Source: Podospora anserina
Taxonomy: Eukaryota
NCBI GenBank assembly: GCA_017654855.1
Contig: CM030333.1
Coordinates: 2,914,001 to 2,978,000 of the forward strand
Direction of reading: 5' to 3'
Length of the DNA stretch: 64,000 bases
The notes under the pieces are model-generated. The model searched no databases. It worked only from the letters and a program-made list of their open reading frames with translations, and had not been told where the DNA came from. Within the stretch, counting starts at the first letter, position 1, and each line of letters opens with the position of its first letter. Made by a program: the position numbers and the translations under genes. Below are positions 10,483-23,000 of the stretch, piece after piece.

Positions 10483-11922
10483 ATGCTCGACAAAACAGCT
10501 CCGAGTCCATCGTCAGCCGGCCCACCCAGCGCTCAGAATGCCCGGAAGTTGCGGGATAGCTGCACCGAGTGTGCGAGCTCCAAGGTCAAGTGCGGCAAGG
10601 AGAAACCCACATGCTCACGGTGTGTTCGTCGGGGGGCCAAGTGCACCTACATGGCGTCAAGAAGGACAGGACGAACCTCGTCCAACGCGTCCAAAATTGC
10701 TGCCGAAAACAATCCGAACGGCGCTACCATCGATGTCAACAGCGGCACAGGCTCGGCCCGGAATGAAAGGACTGAACCATCGAGTCCAGTACTGCGCGTG
10801 GGGACGCCCTTGAATACACAGTCCACGACGATGACAACGACGACAACAAACACCTCCGCCGCCGGGGACCAGCAGACCCGCCACAGCACCCCAGGCCCCG
10901 GGCCCGAATTGGATGCTATCGACCCCGAGCTGTGGAGTTCCATCATGTCGCCCAGCGGCTTGATCACGTGTGACCCGGCCAGCCTCTCACCCCCCTTAAC
11001 AAGCATCGGCACCGATGTCGGGAGTCTGTTCGACTTGGACTTTCATTCCCCCATGGTTATCGATTACCCGGTGGCAGACCAGGCAGGCGGCGGTGAAGGC
11101 CGGCCGGTATCGGATCTAACCAGCAGGATCAACGCCTCGGTCACCGATCGTGATGTCTTTGCCTCTCACCATCTGACGTCCGAGTTCGACTGGTCCGTGG
11201 TTCAGAAACCACAGTGTTGCTTCTCCATCGCCATCGACATCCTCAGCCGCCTGTTTCCGCCGGCACCAGCTGGGTGCAAGCATCCACCAGCGAGCCAGGT
11301 TGACACACCCAAGGCACGCACCATCGAGTCGGTCATCTCGGAGAACAAGCAAACCATAGAGTCCCTCGCCAGGCTCCTGGATTGTGATTGCTCGACAGAC
11401 CAGTACCTCATATCGCTCATGACGCTCATTGCGCTCAAGGTCATGGGTTGGTATGCTGCTGCGGCCGACGACGCTGCCTCGGCGCACCCTGCCGCCTTTG
11501 AGTGGCCGGGCTCCCAATCTTCGTCCCGCTCCAGATCATCTGTCTCGTCGGGCTCTGTGGCTTCGGGCTCCCTCGGTGAGCAGGTGTTGCGGCTACCTAC
11601 CATTGTCGGCAACTACTGCGTCGCTGGCCAGCACCAGGGTCGCATGGCAGCTCAGCTCGTCCTGAGCGAGCTCCACCGAGTGCAGAAAATTGTGAACGGA
11701 CTGTCATCGCGGTTAGAAAGCATCCGCCTGCGTGCAGCTCAGGACGGCGGTTCCGGGGCTAGCTCTGGGTCGAGCAGTGTGGGCGATGTAAGCGAGCAGC
11801 CAGTAGGCGGTGCTCGTGCCGGGCCCCTCTCGGTTCCAACCTTCACCCAGCTTGAGGATGACCTGAGAAAGCGATTCCGGGTGTTGTCGTCGGAAACGAT
11901 CAACATCCTTCGTCGCGCCTAG
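10483..11922 (+). CDS. aflR: AflR Zn(II)2Cys6 pathway regulator
   Basis: RKLRDSCTECASSKVKCGKEKPTCSRCVRRGAKC cluster and AflR C-terminal motif RMAAQLVLSELHRVQ; single exon, 479 aa. Confidence 0.95.
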   Translation: MLDKTAPSPSSAGPPSAQNARKLRDSCTECASSKVKCGKEKPTCSRCVRRGAKCTYMASRRTGRTSSNASKIAAENNPNGATIDVNSGTGSARNERTEPSSPVLRVGTPLNTQSTTMTTTTTNTSAAGDQQTRHSTPGPGPELDAIDPELWSSIMSPSGLITCDPASLSPPLTSIGTDVGSLFDLDFHSPMVIDYPVADQAGGGEGRPVSDLTSRINASVTDRDVFASHHLTSEFDWSVVQKPQCCFSIAIDILSRLFPPAPAGCKHPPASQVDTPKARTIESVISENKQTIESLARLLDCDCSTDQYLISLMTLIALKVMGWYAAAADDAASAHPAAFEWPGSQSSSRSRSSVSSGSVASGSLGEQVLRLPTIVGNYCVAGQHQGRMAAQLVLSELHRVQKIVNGLSSRLESIRLRAAQDGGSGASSGSSSVGDVSEQPVGGARAGPLSVPTFTQLEDDLRKRFRVLSSETINILRRA

Positions 11923-12930
11923 AGGTTCTATTCCCCATCGACTGCACGTGTCACGAGTTATGACTTGGCGTTGGCGTTGGCGAGTTTTCAGGGGCCTATG
12001 ATGTCTTTGTTCCAATCTCGCTGTTTCAGTGTTGTTCACTGATAAGATATAATAAATATCAGCAGAAATCATCGTCATTGTCTCATCAATGACTTTTTGT
12101 GTGCGAGTCCTCAAGTCGTGCGACTTCCAGAGGTCCCATGCCAAGCCTAACCTGTTAGCCCCCGAACTGTTTTTCCATTCGGTCCAGTATTGTGGAGCCA
12201 AAGCATTGGTTCTAGGGCCCCTGACGGATTTACTGTAGCGGGGCCCGACTTGGCTGTCAAGGCAAGGACTCAAGCTGGCTCATTGCCCATCATGCAGTGA
12301 GCAAAAAGATAACAGTCCAATGCAGGTGCAGTACACCCCTCATCAATCAAAGCTCTCAAATCTTGGGCGAGGGATCTCCTGAACCATGGCACAATCTCTT
12401 GGCAATTGTTTGTGACCGCGGTTCCTTGGGACCCCCGCAACGCTAAACCAAGAAGGAATTGGGGTCGATTCCTGTGGGGTCGTAACGATGCGCTAGCAGG
12501 CGCTAAATCTTATTTGTACGACACTCATGATCATGATCAGTCACTTCAGTCCAGCTCAAATTGTCACAGACCGGTGTGGCAAAGCAGCCAGTGTCAGTGT
12601 CCCTGCATTTGCGATCCTGTCTCATACCCAGGAACCCAGGATTCAGGAGCAGAATATTATTTGTAGCACACTCGCTCATTGTATGCTACCCTCTTCGCGC
12701 AGGCTGACCACCCACCAGGGCCACCACCATCAGCTCGTATGCATTGTACTCATCCTGGCAGGGTGTGGCCGCATCCGCGTACTCGCTTCCATATTTCTCA
12801 CAATTGGCCCGCTCTAGGCGTGCTATCACGACCGTTGCTTACGGGGTGTGCTACCATCTACAGCCTCGTTCTGTTTTCGCTCTCTCATGCATGTGTGAGA
12901 CATCGGAGACCCTGCAGCATCCTAAACCCT

Positions 12931-13920
12931 CTACCAAGCCAACTTTGATCCATCCTCATGCAGCACAAACTGGCCAGACGTCTTCTCCTTGGTCGCTTCG
13001 TCAATCTGTCGCGCAAGAGAGGCCCGGCACGTCAGCAAGTGTTTTTCCTTTGCCCACCAAACAAAGAAATAGCTACATACCCGCGCGCAAATTCCCGTTA
13101 TGCTCTCCTCGATCGTGGTAGGCGCTTTGCTTCGGCCCATGAGACGCGCCCCCTGATCTCCCATGTCGGTTTGAACATGACTACCCAAACCGATCAGTTC
13201 AGCCTTCGGAAAAGTTAAACGCCATCATGAAAAAATATCTTACCCGGGATCCACAATAAAAGCCACCAGCCACTTATTCTCAAAGTGAAACTTTCTCACC
13301 AACCAGTTCGCCGCCAGCTTGGACACGCAGTACGCACTCAGCGGGACGCGCGCGTACTCTTCCATCCCCGTGATGGTGCTCAGCGGTGCCCCGACGAGCA
13401 CAAACTTTGCGTTTCCCGCCTTTGCCGCCTGGAGCAGGAGGCGCGTGGCCTGGAACAGGAGCAGCACCGAGTACGTGTTGACCATCATGTGATTTTGCAG
13501 GTGCTCGAGCTGCATCGTCGAGGCGGGGCCGTAGTTTGTCGCAATGGCGGCGTTGGCGATGACCACGTCCAGGTGGGTGATGCTGTGATTGGTCTGGAGC
13601 TGCGAGGCGGCGGCCGAGGCGTCGCTTTCCGAGGCGCAGTCCAGCTTGACGACTACGAGGGACGAGGTGTCTGCCTTTGGGAGAGACTCCAGGGCGGCTG
13701 ACTGAGTCGCGACATCACGCACGCAGGCGATGACGATGCTGTCGGGGCGGAGGAGGTAGGCGGCTACGAGGCCTTTGCCGATGCCTGTGGTTGTGTTATC
13801 ATTAGAGATGCAAAATGAAGCAAGATGGGAAGCAGCAGTACCTCTGCTGGCGCCAGTTATCAGATAGGTCTGTTTGTAGTTTCCTTTGCCGTTGATGCCG
13901 TTCATGATGGCGGCCATCAT
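12931..13920 (-). CDS. stcE: Norsolorinic acid ketoreductase (nor-1/aflD-like), 4 exons
   Basis: TGASRG|IGKG, ANAAI, YCVSK, DPG|HVQTDMG and IDEATKEKTSGQF. Three GT..AG introns join the 13240-13920 and 12931-13188 ORFs. Confidence 0.92.
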
Positions 13921-14033
13921 GTTTGTCTGCCCTCCTTGGCAAGTCTACGTTCAAGTCTGACCCGAGTATCCAAGTGCTTGGGAGGTTTTTGTACAGCCAA
14001 CGCGGGCGATAGTTCATTCCCGAATCCACAGCA

Positions 14034-14044
14034 TCGGCATCCGA
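14034..14044. promoter_or_regulatory. AflR site upstream of stcE
   Basis: TCGGCATCCGA, a perfect TCGN5CGA about 114 bp upstream of the stcE ATG. Confidence 0.75.
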
Positions 14045-14226
14045 CCAAGCTTCCCCCGGACTACATCCGGCAACTGGCATCTGTCATCGCAACGTGCGGG
14101 GCCATGCATTTTTGAGAAACAGGACGTTTCATTTTGTTGCGTATGCCAAAGAACGACAAAAGGTGAATATCTAATTACATGTTCTTTCATATCATTGATG
14201 TCCTGCTCTCAAAAGGCACCGACGGC

Positions 14227-14640
14227 TTAGTTCCGCTTCGGCGCGGGGGCACCGTCCAAAATACCCAGTAGTACGGCGCCAACGGCGGTGATCATGGGCG
14301 CATACCCCCAGTGGTTCCACTCTCCCTGCCCGTGACTCCAGCACACAATGCCGTCAACCACGGCAACACCACTAGCGGCAACGAGGGTCCAGCCAAGCGA
14401 CTTCTTTGTGCCGAAGAGGGCAGCAGCGTAGATGGCCACTCCCATAAAAATGTCGCGCGCACCATACACGGCCATCAAGCTGTCCACCATCTTGGCATCG
14501 GCAGCGGACGCCGGGGGAGCGAACTCGAAGAAGGTGAGGGCATGTTGCGGGCGGAGGATAGCGTTGATGCCAAAGCCGGTGAAGATGGTGGCAAAGGCGT
14601 GGGCAGCATACTGCAGAGCGGAAAGCTGAGAAGGGGCCAT
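14227..14640 (-). CDS. Small integral membrane protein (DUF4267-like) at the stcD position, possibly hypD-like
   Basis: 137-aa hydrophobic ORF with about four TM segments, YGARDIFMG and HWGYAP motifs; lies between stcE and stcC. Confidence 0.8.
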   Translation of the reverse strand: MAPSQLSALQYAAHAFATIFTGFGINAILRPQHALTFFEFAPPASAADAKMVDSLMAVYGARDIFMGVAIYAAALFGTKKSLGWTLVAASGVAVVDGIVCWSHGQGEWNHWGYAPMITAVGAVLLGILDGAPAPKRN

Positions 14641-15096
14641 TGTCAATTGTTCGTCTTGTGATTTGACTGCGATTGCGGGTCAGCAAATGCCTGTCAATGA
14701 CATTTTTAACTTCTCTGCCCAAGTTACGTACGTGTGATGGTGTGACTCTTGCGATGACTCGGGCTGCTGTGCTCAGTGCGAGATGGAAGGAAGGTTTTGG
14801 GGAAGAAAAGGAAGAAGCGGGGAGACAGTTGGACAGTGCTACAGCTGAAAGTTTGGAGGCAGCAACAAAGCTCCAATGCCGTTTCGGGAAGGCATGCAAA
14901 CTCACTTCCCGTCCTTAGCGGCAAGGTGCAGCGTCTGCCTGCCAGTGTAACCACCCTCTTACAGCAGGCTCTTTGTCTGGTGGTGAGCATTTCAGCCCTA
15001 ACCCTTGGGCATCCGGGCACCATCGGTGATTCCCGCACCATGCTACCCTTCCTGCGCCCGCCTCTGCACTCACGTGCTGGGTCTTAACAACACTCA

Positions 15097-15150
15097 TCGG
15101 TCAGCGAAAAATTCCAACCCCGAGCTCCCTCACTGGTACTCGGTGACCGG
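15097..15150. promoter_or_regulatory. Two AflR sites in the stcD/stcC divergent intergenic region
   Basis: TCGGTCAGCGA at 15097-15107 and TCGGTGACCGG at 15140-15150. Confidence 0.7.
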
Positions 15151-15894
15151 TCATGTTTCTGTGCCACACAGCCTCTCAGAGGGTGACGCTTTGGCGAACG
15201 CCTGAGCTGGCACACAGCTACACCCACAGCTGTCACTGTCATCTATTTTGGGACAAAGGCTGCTTGTCTAGGAAGCCACCTACCTGTCAAACGCCTGCTG
15301 GGCGTATCACCAGCCGCCGGCGCTAATTGCCTACCTACTGCTGCGTAGTGTCTGACTGCGGACAGCACACATAATGAGTATTTCAGCACCGTCCAAGGTG
15401 GTACCATGTCTCAATACTTCTCTCTCCATGACAGCCAAGTATACGATATTCTGAACCGCCATCAGGCGTTTCCTGCCATATCAGGAAACCATATCGTGAC
15501 ACGGATAAACCTTTGTATCCGGATGGGGATATTTCATAGACACATACGGCCAGATCTCGCATGACGCGAAGTAAGACGGGAGATTACCACTTGTGCATAT
15601 ACCACGCAGCTGAGGACCCGAGGCAATGGTAGGGAGCCTTCTATCAGGCTTCCTCTGTCAGGGGCACCCTCCTTCGCTCAGGGGCAAACCAATCAACAGA
15701 GCAGCAATCCTTCAGCCTCCACGTGGTGTAATATCGCTTGCTGTGCTCATGAGGCGCTGCATGACGGCCCCCATCCATCCAAGACCATACTCGGTTGCCC
15801 CGAGCATAAGCCTGCCATGAGGCGCGGCCGAACTAACGGGTGATGGCGTCGTCCTTGAGGCGAAGAGGGAACATTCCAGCAATGGGAGCAGGCC

Positions 15895-15932
15895 TGGATC
15901 ACGATGGCTTGGATGGATCACGATGGCTTGGA
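15895..15932. repeat. 19-bp perfect tandem duplication
   Basis: TGGATCACGATGGCTTGGA occurs twice, back to back. Confidence 0.9.
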
Positions 15933-16013
15933 CTTGAGGCAAAGACTCAACTGGGGAAGGGGATGAGACGGACTCGAGTACTTAAAGGTGCCTGGAGCTC
16001 AAGCGATTCTCCC

Positions 16014-16073
16014 CATCATCATCACCACCACCATCACCACCACCATCACCATCACCATCACCATCACCATCAC
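16014..16073. repeat. (CAY)20 microsatellite upstream of stcC
   Basis: Twenty consecutive CAT/CAC triplets ending about 105 bp before the stcC ATG. Confidence 0.95.
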
Positions 16074-16178
16074 CAACAGCTTCAGGTTTTTACACTGGCA
16101 AGATCCGCCACTTCCTGGATGCTTAAGCCGAACGTTTGTTTCCCAGATACCTAGCTAGTGGTCTTGCCCCTATTCAAA

Positions 16179-17051
16179 ATGTTGGGCATTCGCCTGGTAT
16201 CTCTGCTGGCCTTCACTGGCTCAGCCCTCGCAGAACTCGACTTCTCCAAGTGGAAGACTCGCCAGCCCGGCGAGCTCCGCGCTCCCTGTCCGGCCATGAA
16301 CAGTCTTGCCAACCACGGCTTCATCCAGCGTGATGGCAAGAATATCACCGTCGAGGGCCTCACCCCTGTCCTCAAGGAGGTCTTCCATCTCAGTCACGAG
16401 CTCGCCTTCACCGTGTCTCAGCTGGGCCTCTTTACGGCGCTTGACCCATCCAAAGGTGTCTTTACTCTTCAAGACCTCACGGATCGTCACAACGTCTTTG
16501 AGCACGATGCTTCCCTGTCTCGCGAAGATGCCAAGTTCGGCGGTGACCAGTCTGTTCTTCATAAAGGACAGTTCCAAAAGTTCATGGATCACTTCAAGGG
16601 AGAAAAGTACATCTCCTTCGAGGCCGCTGCTAAGGCCCGCTATGCCATGGTCCAGGACTCGCGCAAGAGAAACCCCGACTTCACCTACGATGTCACGCAC
16701 CGCATCACCAGCTACGGCGAAACCATCAAGTACCTCCGTACCATTGTCGAGCCCTCTACAGGGAAGTGCCCGGTTGACTGGATCAAGATCCTTTTTGGTA
16801 AGTTGCCACCTGTCAGCCCCCATGCATGCCTCTCAGCCCAACCTGCTAACATGTCATCTTCAGAGCAAGAGCGTCTTCCCTACAACGAGGGCTGGAGGCC
16901 CCCTACCAATGAGCTCAGCGGCTTCAGTCTCGCGAGCGAGGTTTTGGAGCTGGCTTTGATCACTCCTGAGAAACTTCCCGTCGATGAGTGCTTGGGCAAG
17001 GGCAAGGGTAAAGGAAACTGCAAGAGACGGCGCAGCTACCTTGGTATCTAA
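16179..17051 (+). CDS. stcC: Heme-thiolate peroxidase/peroxygenase (chloroperoxidase family), secreted
   Basis: Signal peptide, RAPCPAMNSLANHG (PCP heme-Cys) and EHDASLSR; intron 16798-16863. Confidence 0.9.
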   Translation: MLGIRLVSLLAFTGSALAELDFSKWKTRQPGELRAPCPAMNSLANHGFIQRDGKNITVEGLTPVLKEVFHLSHELAFTVSQLGLFTALDPSKGVFTLQDLTDRHNVFEHDASLSREDAKFGGDQSVLHKGQFQKFMDHFKGEKYISFEAAAKARYAMVQDSRKRNPDFTYDVTHRITSYGETIKYLRTIVEPSTGKCPVDWIKILFGKLPPVSPHACLSAQPANMSSSEQERLPYNEGWRPPTNELSGFSLASEVLELALITPEKLPVDECLGKGKGKGNCKRRRSYLGI

Positions 17052-17176
17052 CAGCTTGTAACAACACACCATGTTCATGACACATTGGTTTCCCTTTTCA
17101 CTGTACCATATACCTACTTTTAATACATTACAAAGGAATCGCAAATTACTCTCATTGCCCAACTATGTCCCGTCTG

Positions 17177-18797
17177 TTACCCCTTCATTGTGATTTCTAG
17201 CCTCCGAGACTTCGGAACACCAGCAATAAAACTATCCACCACCACCATGCTCTCTGGCGTAGCAGAAGCGGCAAGCTTGGCTCCCGCACATTCCCGGAAA
17301 AACATGGCCGCAGCCAGCCGCATTTCGATTCGGCCGAGATGCACCCCCAAGCACTGCCGGGCACCGTACCCGAACGGGTTGAACGACATCTTGGCCCGCT
17401 CCGACAGCTGCTTACCCGGCAGCCAGCGGGTATGGTCAAACACATCCGGATTCTCCCACGCGACCGGATCGCGGTGCAGGCTCCAGTTCTGCGTAACCAC
17501 CACTGTATCATCCGGGACATAGTACCCACCAAGCGTGGCTCCCCCCTTCGGCACACTCCTCGGCATCGACCCCGGCGCTGCGCCATACAGCCGCAGGCTC
17601 TCGTCAATAACCGCGTTCAAAACCGGCAACCCTTCGCACACCTCATCAGTAATCTCCCCACTCCCCATCCCCGCCACCTCCGCCTCAACCTCCCTCTGCA
17701 CCTCCGGCCGGCTGAGCACGCACCAAAGCAAAAACGTCAACGAAATAGCCGTCGGATCCGACCCAGCAAGCAACAAAGCACCAGCATCAGTGACAATATC
17801 CGTATCACTCAACCCAGGCGGCCCCCCTTGCTCTTCCTCCGCCAGCGCATTGGCAAACAGATTCCTCCTCCCCCCACCATCCACAACCTTCTCCCCCCTC
17901 CTTGCCTGCGCCACAACCCTATCCCCAGCAGCAAACATCCTCTCCTGCGAGTAAAACACATCCCTTAGCGGCCTCACCACCAAAGCAAGCATCCTCCCGA
18001 GGTAATAAACCGGCGGAACAAAATACTTGAGCAAATGCGCCAAATCCCCCATCCTCCTTTCCAGCATAACCACAAACGGGTCCTTCACCCCCTTTTTCAC
18101 CGTGTCCTCCCCACCACCAAACGTAAGCCGACAGACGATCTCGTTGGCCATGAGGGTGAACCACCCCATCACCTCCGCCCCCTTTTCTCCTCTCATTGCA
18201 TCAGCCTTGATTTTCGCCACCGCGAGGGCAACAGTCTCGCGGATGGTGGGTTCCCATTCTTTGCGGAGGCTGGAAAGGGTAAAACCCTTTGCGTAGAGCC
18301 GACGCCGGGCAGAGTGTAGCTTTGGGTCCCGAAAATTGAAAATGTTATCCACGGGCCCGGGGGAGAGGAGGGCGTAAAAGGGGGCTTTTGTGAAACCGGA
18401 GCCCATCTTGTGGATTTCGCGGGCGGTGGTGGGCTCGGCGATGTCGATTTCGCGGGGGCTGATGCGGACGATGGGGCCGTAGCGGCGGTGGAGGGAGTGG
18501 ACGTAGTGGATTCGGTTGTTGGAGAAGACGGAGTAGGTCAGGCGGAGGGAGGTGAAGCGGGCGTGGAAGGGGCCGGGGATTTTGCCGAGGGGGGAGAGGA
18601 AGGCTGTGCGGATTATCTGGGAGTGATTTCGATGTCAGGAGAACATAGGGCAAAGGTGTGACGAGGGATGGTGGCATTATGGAAGAAAAACTTACGGTGA
18701 TGGCTTGGAGAGTGACAAAGGCCAGTACAAGTAGAATACCCACAAAGGGAAGGGGCGCGCCTGTTGTGGCGTCGAGGATCGACTGGTAAATCGTCAT
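17177..18797 (-). CDS. stcB: Cytochrome P450 (cypX/aflV-like)
   Basis: TM anchor in exon 1 (18797-18696), intron 18695-18617 in frame; AGSDPT, ESLR and FGYGARQCLG motifs; divergent from stcA. Confidence 0.9.
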
Positions 18798-19155
18798 GTT
18801 TGATGCGGCAGTCTCTCAGGAAAGATTTGTGAACAGTTTGGAACTGCTGATGATGCATCAGATGGGCTGTCATAAAGGCGACACAAGTTGCTTGGGGTAT
18901 TCGATATTAAATGGAGAGCAGTAGTGCTTTACGGAAGGTTTTTGTTGCGGTCCCCGTGAGTGGCCCAAACTAGGCACAAAATTCATTAATAGAGGGAGTG
19001 ATACCAATAATCGTCACAAGCCGAGCGACGGAGCAAAATTATTGACAGACTGGCCCTTTGATGGTACGATACCTAGCTAAGGTAACACGGACCCCAAAAA
19101 TTGTGAGTTTCTGCCATCAGGACGAGATTGTTCGCCATGGATCTCAGCCAAGGCC

Positions 19156-19166
19156 TCGGCCACCGA
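19156..19166. promoter_or_regulatory. AflR site in the stcB/stcA divergent promoter
   Basis: TCGGCCACCGA, the exact reverse complement of the site at 3276. Confidence 0.75.
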
Positions 19167-20070
19167 ATGATATTCCATCTATTTAGCCTACCCCGGATAC
19201 AGGCACGGAGGTCACCGTCACTCCGTCAGCCCTTTTACATTCTGGATATCATTATTTGTAATGCATATGTTACACAAAATGCTTGGAAAGATCAGTACCT
19301 ACCTACCCTTCCTGATCTGGGCCGTGATATTACCTGTAGAAATCAGTCCGGTAATGAGATGGCTGCAATATCCCACCGGTCGTTGGAAGAGTTCTGACAT
19401 CCCAGATGAATTTCTGAACTTCAAGTTGTGTAGCTTCATAGGTAGGCTATCGTTTACTTTTCGAGTCTGAGCCAACACAAATGGCTCCAAGAAAGCCTAG
19501 GTCGATCAGACATTACCAGTCTAGGTATATCACCTTCATACCTGAAGCACTTTAATAAATAAACATCTACTCATATACTTACAATCCCAGCGTGTTACCT
19601 GTGAATTGGGTACCTCTGGCTCTGGGAGAGACCATGTATCTGACGACAAAGCACCAACAAGTCCACAGATAAAATCTGTATAACGAAGCTTCACTCCGTG
19701 TCTGCCGGCTCAGTCTATCCCCCTTACAGGTACCTGATTCGTTCCAAGTACCATCACCCAAGCGAAATCGCAAGCCCGAGACGCTTGATATCGGTCCCCT
19801 ACTGACTATGACCGCTGCGGAGCAATATTGAAACGGAAAGCGATAGACTAGTGTTACCTATCGTCACCCTCGGCATCGGCTTGAGCTTGTGCCAGCTGAT
19901 GCTGTGCTTCTATCCTCATTGAGAAACTTGAGTAATAATCCCTCGTATCTCCTTTCTTCACCGCATTATAGATGAGCCTTTTTTCTCTTTCTTGCTTCCC
20001 CGTACCTATAACCATGTGGTCACCTTCCTCCCATCATCATACTCCTTCGACCGCCTTTCACACACCAGCC

Positions 20071-23000
20071 ATGGCCAACAATACAAGCATATTTCTCTTC
20101 GGAGACCAAACATTTGACTTTGTGCCAAAGCTGCGCGAGCTCTTGACTGTTCAGGACTGTCCTCTCCTGGCAGCCTTCCTGGGCCAGGCTCATTATGTTG
20201 TCCGGGCACAGATGATCCGATCGCTGCCGCCGCAAGAGCACAAACTCTCCAGGACGGCCAACCTGGCTGAGATGTTGCAAAAGTATGCCGACGGGAAGTT
20301 AAACCCAGCATTTCAGACTGCCTTGTCGTGTATATCCCAGCTGGGCAGCTTTATGCAGTGAGTCTCATCTCAGTCTCTTATAAGATGACCGGACATACTG
20401 ACCATATCCGAAGGACATACGAAGAAGACAGCACAAAGCCCTACCCGCGTGCCAATGATAGCTACGTTTTGGGTGTATGTACCGGCTCGCTTGCCGCCGC
20501 TGCCATCAGCTGCAGCAGCTCTCTCTCAGAACTGCTACCCATAGCCGTCCAAACGGCCTTGATAGCATTCCGTCTTGGCCTCTGTGCGCTCGAAATGCGA
20601 GACAGTCTCGAGACATCGGCTCCCGATCGTGCACGTCCATGGTCTGTTGTCGTCTCAGGTCTTATGCCACAAGTCGCCGAGGCATTCGTGAAGGAGTTCT
20701 GTGATGGGAATGCCCTGCCCAAGACTCGATATCCCTGGATTACAGCTACTGCCGCCAAGTCAACAACTATCACTGGAAGCCCCCGTGTTCTGGACCAGCT
20801 GCTTGCTGCCAAGTCATTCAACGGCTACAAAACAACGGAGATTCCAGTCTTTGTGCCATCGCACGGCGACCATCTCTTCACGTCCAAAGACATCGATTTC
20901 ATCCTGGAGACTACTGCTGTTGCGCCATGGTCGGGCTATTCAGCCAAGATCCCTTTCCTGTCAAGCGCGTCCGGCAAGTTAGTGTGGGTGGCAAACTTCA
21001 GAGCTCTTGTCGAGCTGGCACTGTCTCAGTGTCTCCTGGTACCCATCGGCTGGGACAAGGTTGAGACCGAAGTGCCTCGTCTACTCAAGTCTCGCGGTGT
21101 TAGCAGCGCTGTCATCGCTCCCGTGGGGTCATCCGCTCAAAAGAGCCTGTCGTCAGCTCTAGCAACAGGCGGTATCGCCAATGAAATTGGGACCGTGACC
21201 GGTGGGACCAACAGGTTTTCCCATCGCCCCGGAAGCAACAGGTGCAAGCTTGCCATTGTTTCCATGTCGGGAAGATTTCCCGAGGCTCAGAGTACTGATG
21301 CCTTCTGGGATCTCCTATACAAAGGCGTCGACACGTGCAAAGAGGTGCCACGTCGACGATGGGACGTCAGAACCCATGTAGACGACACCGGCAAGGCTCG
21401 CAACAAAGGCGCCACACGATGGGGCTGCTGGCTGGACTTTACAGCTGAGTTTGACCCGCGGTTCTTTAGCATTTCGCCCAAGGAGGCGCCTCAGATGGAT
21501 CCGGCCCAGCGAATGTCGTTGATGTCGACGTACGAGGCCATGGAGCGTGCCGGCATCGTCCCCGATACAACTCCATCCACGCAGCGCAACCGTATTGGGG
21601 TGTTCCATGGTGTCACTAGCAACGATTGGATGGAGACCAACACGGCCCAGAACATCGACACGCACTTTATTACGGGAGGCAACAGAGGCTTCATCCCCGG
21701 CCGTATCAACTTTTGCTTCGAGTTCTCGGGCCCAAGCTACAGCAATGACACTGCTTGCTCGTCCAGTTTGGCAGCGATCCACCTGGCCTGCAACTCGCTC
21801 TGGCGCGGTGACTGTGATACAGCTGTTGCTGGTGGTACCAACATGATCTTCACGCCCGATGGCCACACCGGTCTTGACAAGGGCTTCTTTTTGTCTCGTA
21901 CTGGAAACTGCAAGCCGTTTGACGACGCTGCGGATGGCTACTGCCGTGCTGAGGGTGTTGGCACTGTCTTCATCAAGCGATTGGAGGATGCCTTGGCTGA
22001 CAATGATCCCATCCTCGCCACCATCCTCGACGCCAAGACGAACCACTCTGCCATGTCAGACTCGATGACGAGACCACACGTCGGCGCTCAAATCGAGAAC
22101 ATGACTGCTGTGCTTAGCAGTGCCTGTGTTGGGCCCAACGAGCTGAGCTACATCGAGATGCACGGGACCGGCACCCAGGTCGGGGACGCGGTCGAAATGG
22201 AGTCTGTGCTCTCCGTCTTTGCCCCTGACGAGGAGGCTCGTCCCAAGAATCGCCCATTGTACGTTGGTTCTGCGAAAGCCAATGTTGGCCATGGTGAAGG
22301 TGTCTCGGGCGTGACCAGCCTTGTCAAGGTGCTCTTGATGATGCAGCACAACACCATTGTGCCTCACTGCGGGATCAAGCCTGGAAGCAAGATCAACCGA
22401 CATTACCCTGACCTTGGAGCGCGCAACGTCCACATTGCCCTGGAGCCCAAGCCGTGGCCTCGGTCTAACGGGCCTCGCCGCGTTCTCATCAACAACTTCA
22501 GCGCCGCCGGTGGCAACACGGCACTGCTGGTGGAAGATGCACCCGAGCGCCAGGACTTGTCTGCACCAGACCCGAGAACCAACCACATTGTCACCGCTTC
22601 TGGCCATGTGGGAAAGTCGCTCAAGACCAACCTGGAACGACTCCTCGAGCACATTCAGAGTACTCCGAATCTCTCGATCTCTCAGCTGTCATATACCACC
22701 ACAGCTCGCCGCTGGCATCACCTTCACCGCGTGAGCATCACCGGGTCCACCATCACCGAGGTGGAGCGCAGCTTGATAACGGCCATCGCCAATGGAGACG
22801 GTATCAACCGTCCCAAGACCAAGCCCAACGTCGTTTTTGCCTTCACAGGTCAAGGCTCACAGTACCTTGGTATGGGTCGACAGTTGTACGAGGCATATCC
22901 GGTATTCCGTGACGCCGTTGATCGCTTCGACCGTCTCGCGCAGAGCCATGGCTTCCCTTCTTTTCTGCACATCATCACCTCTGCTGAGGGCGACATGGAT

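Noticed and set aside
15840..16154. ORF encoding a 20-His tract
   Set aside because: It is a translation of the (CAY)20 microsatellite upstream of stcC, with no other protein-like features.
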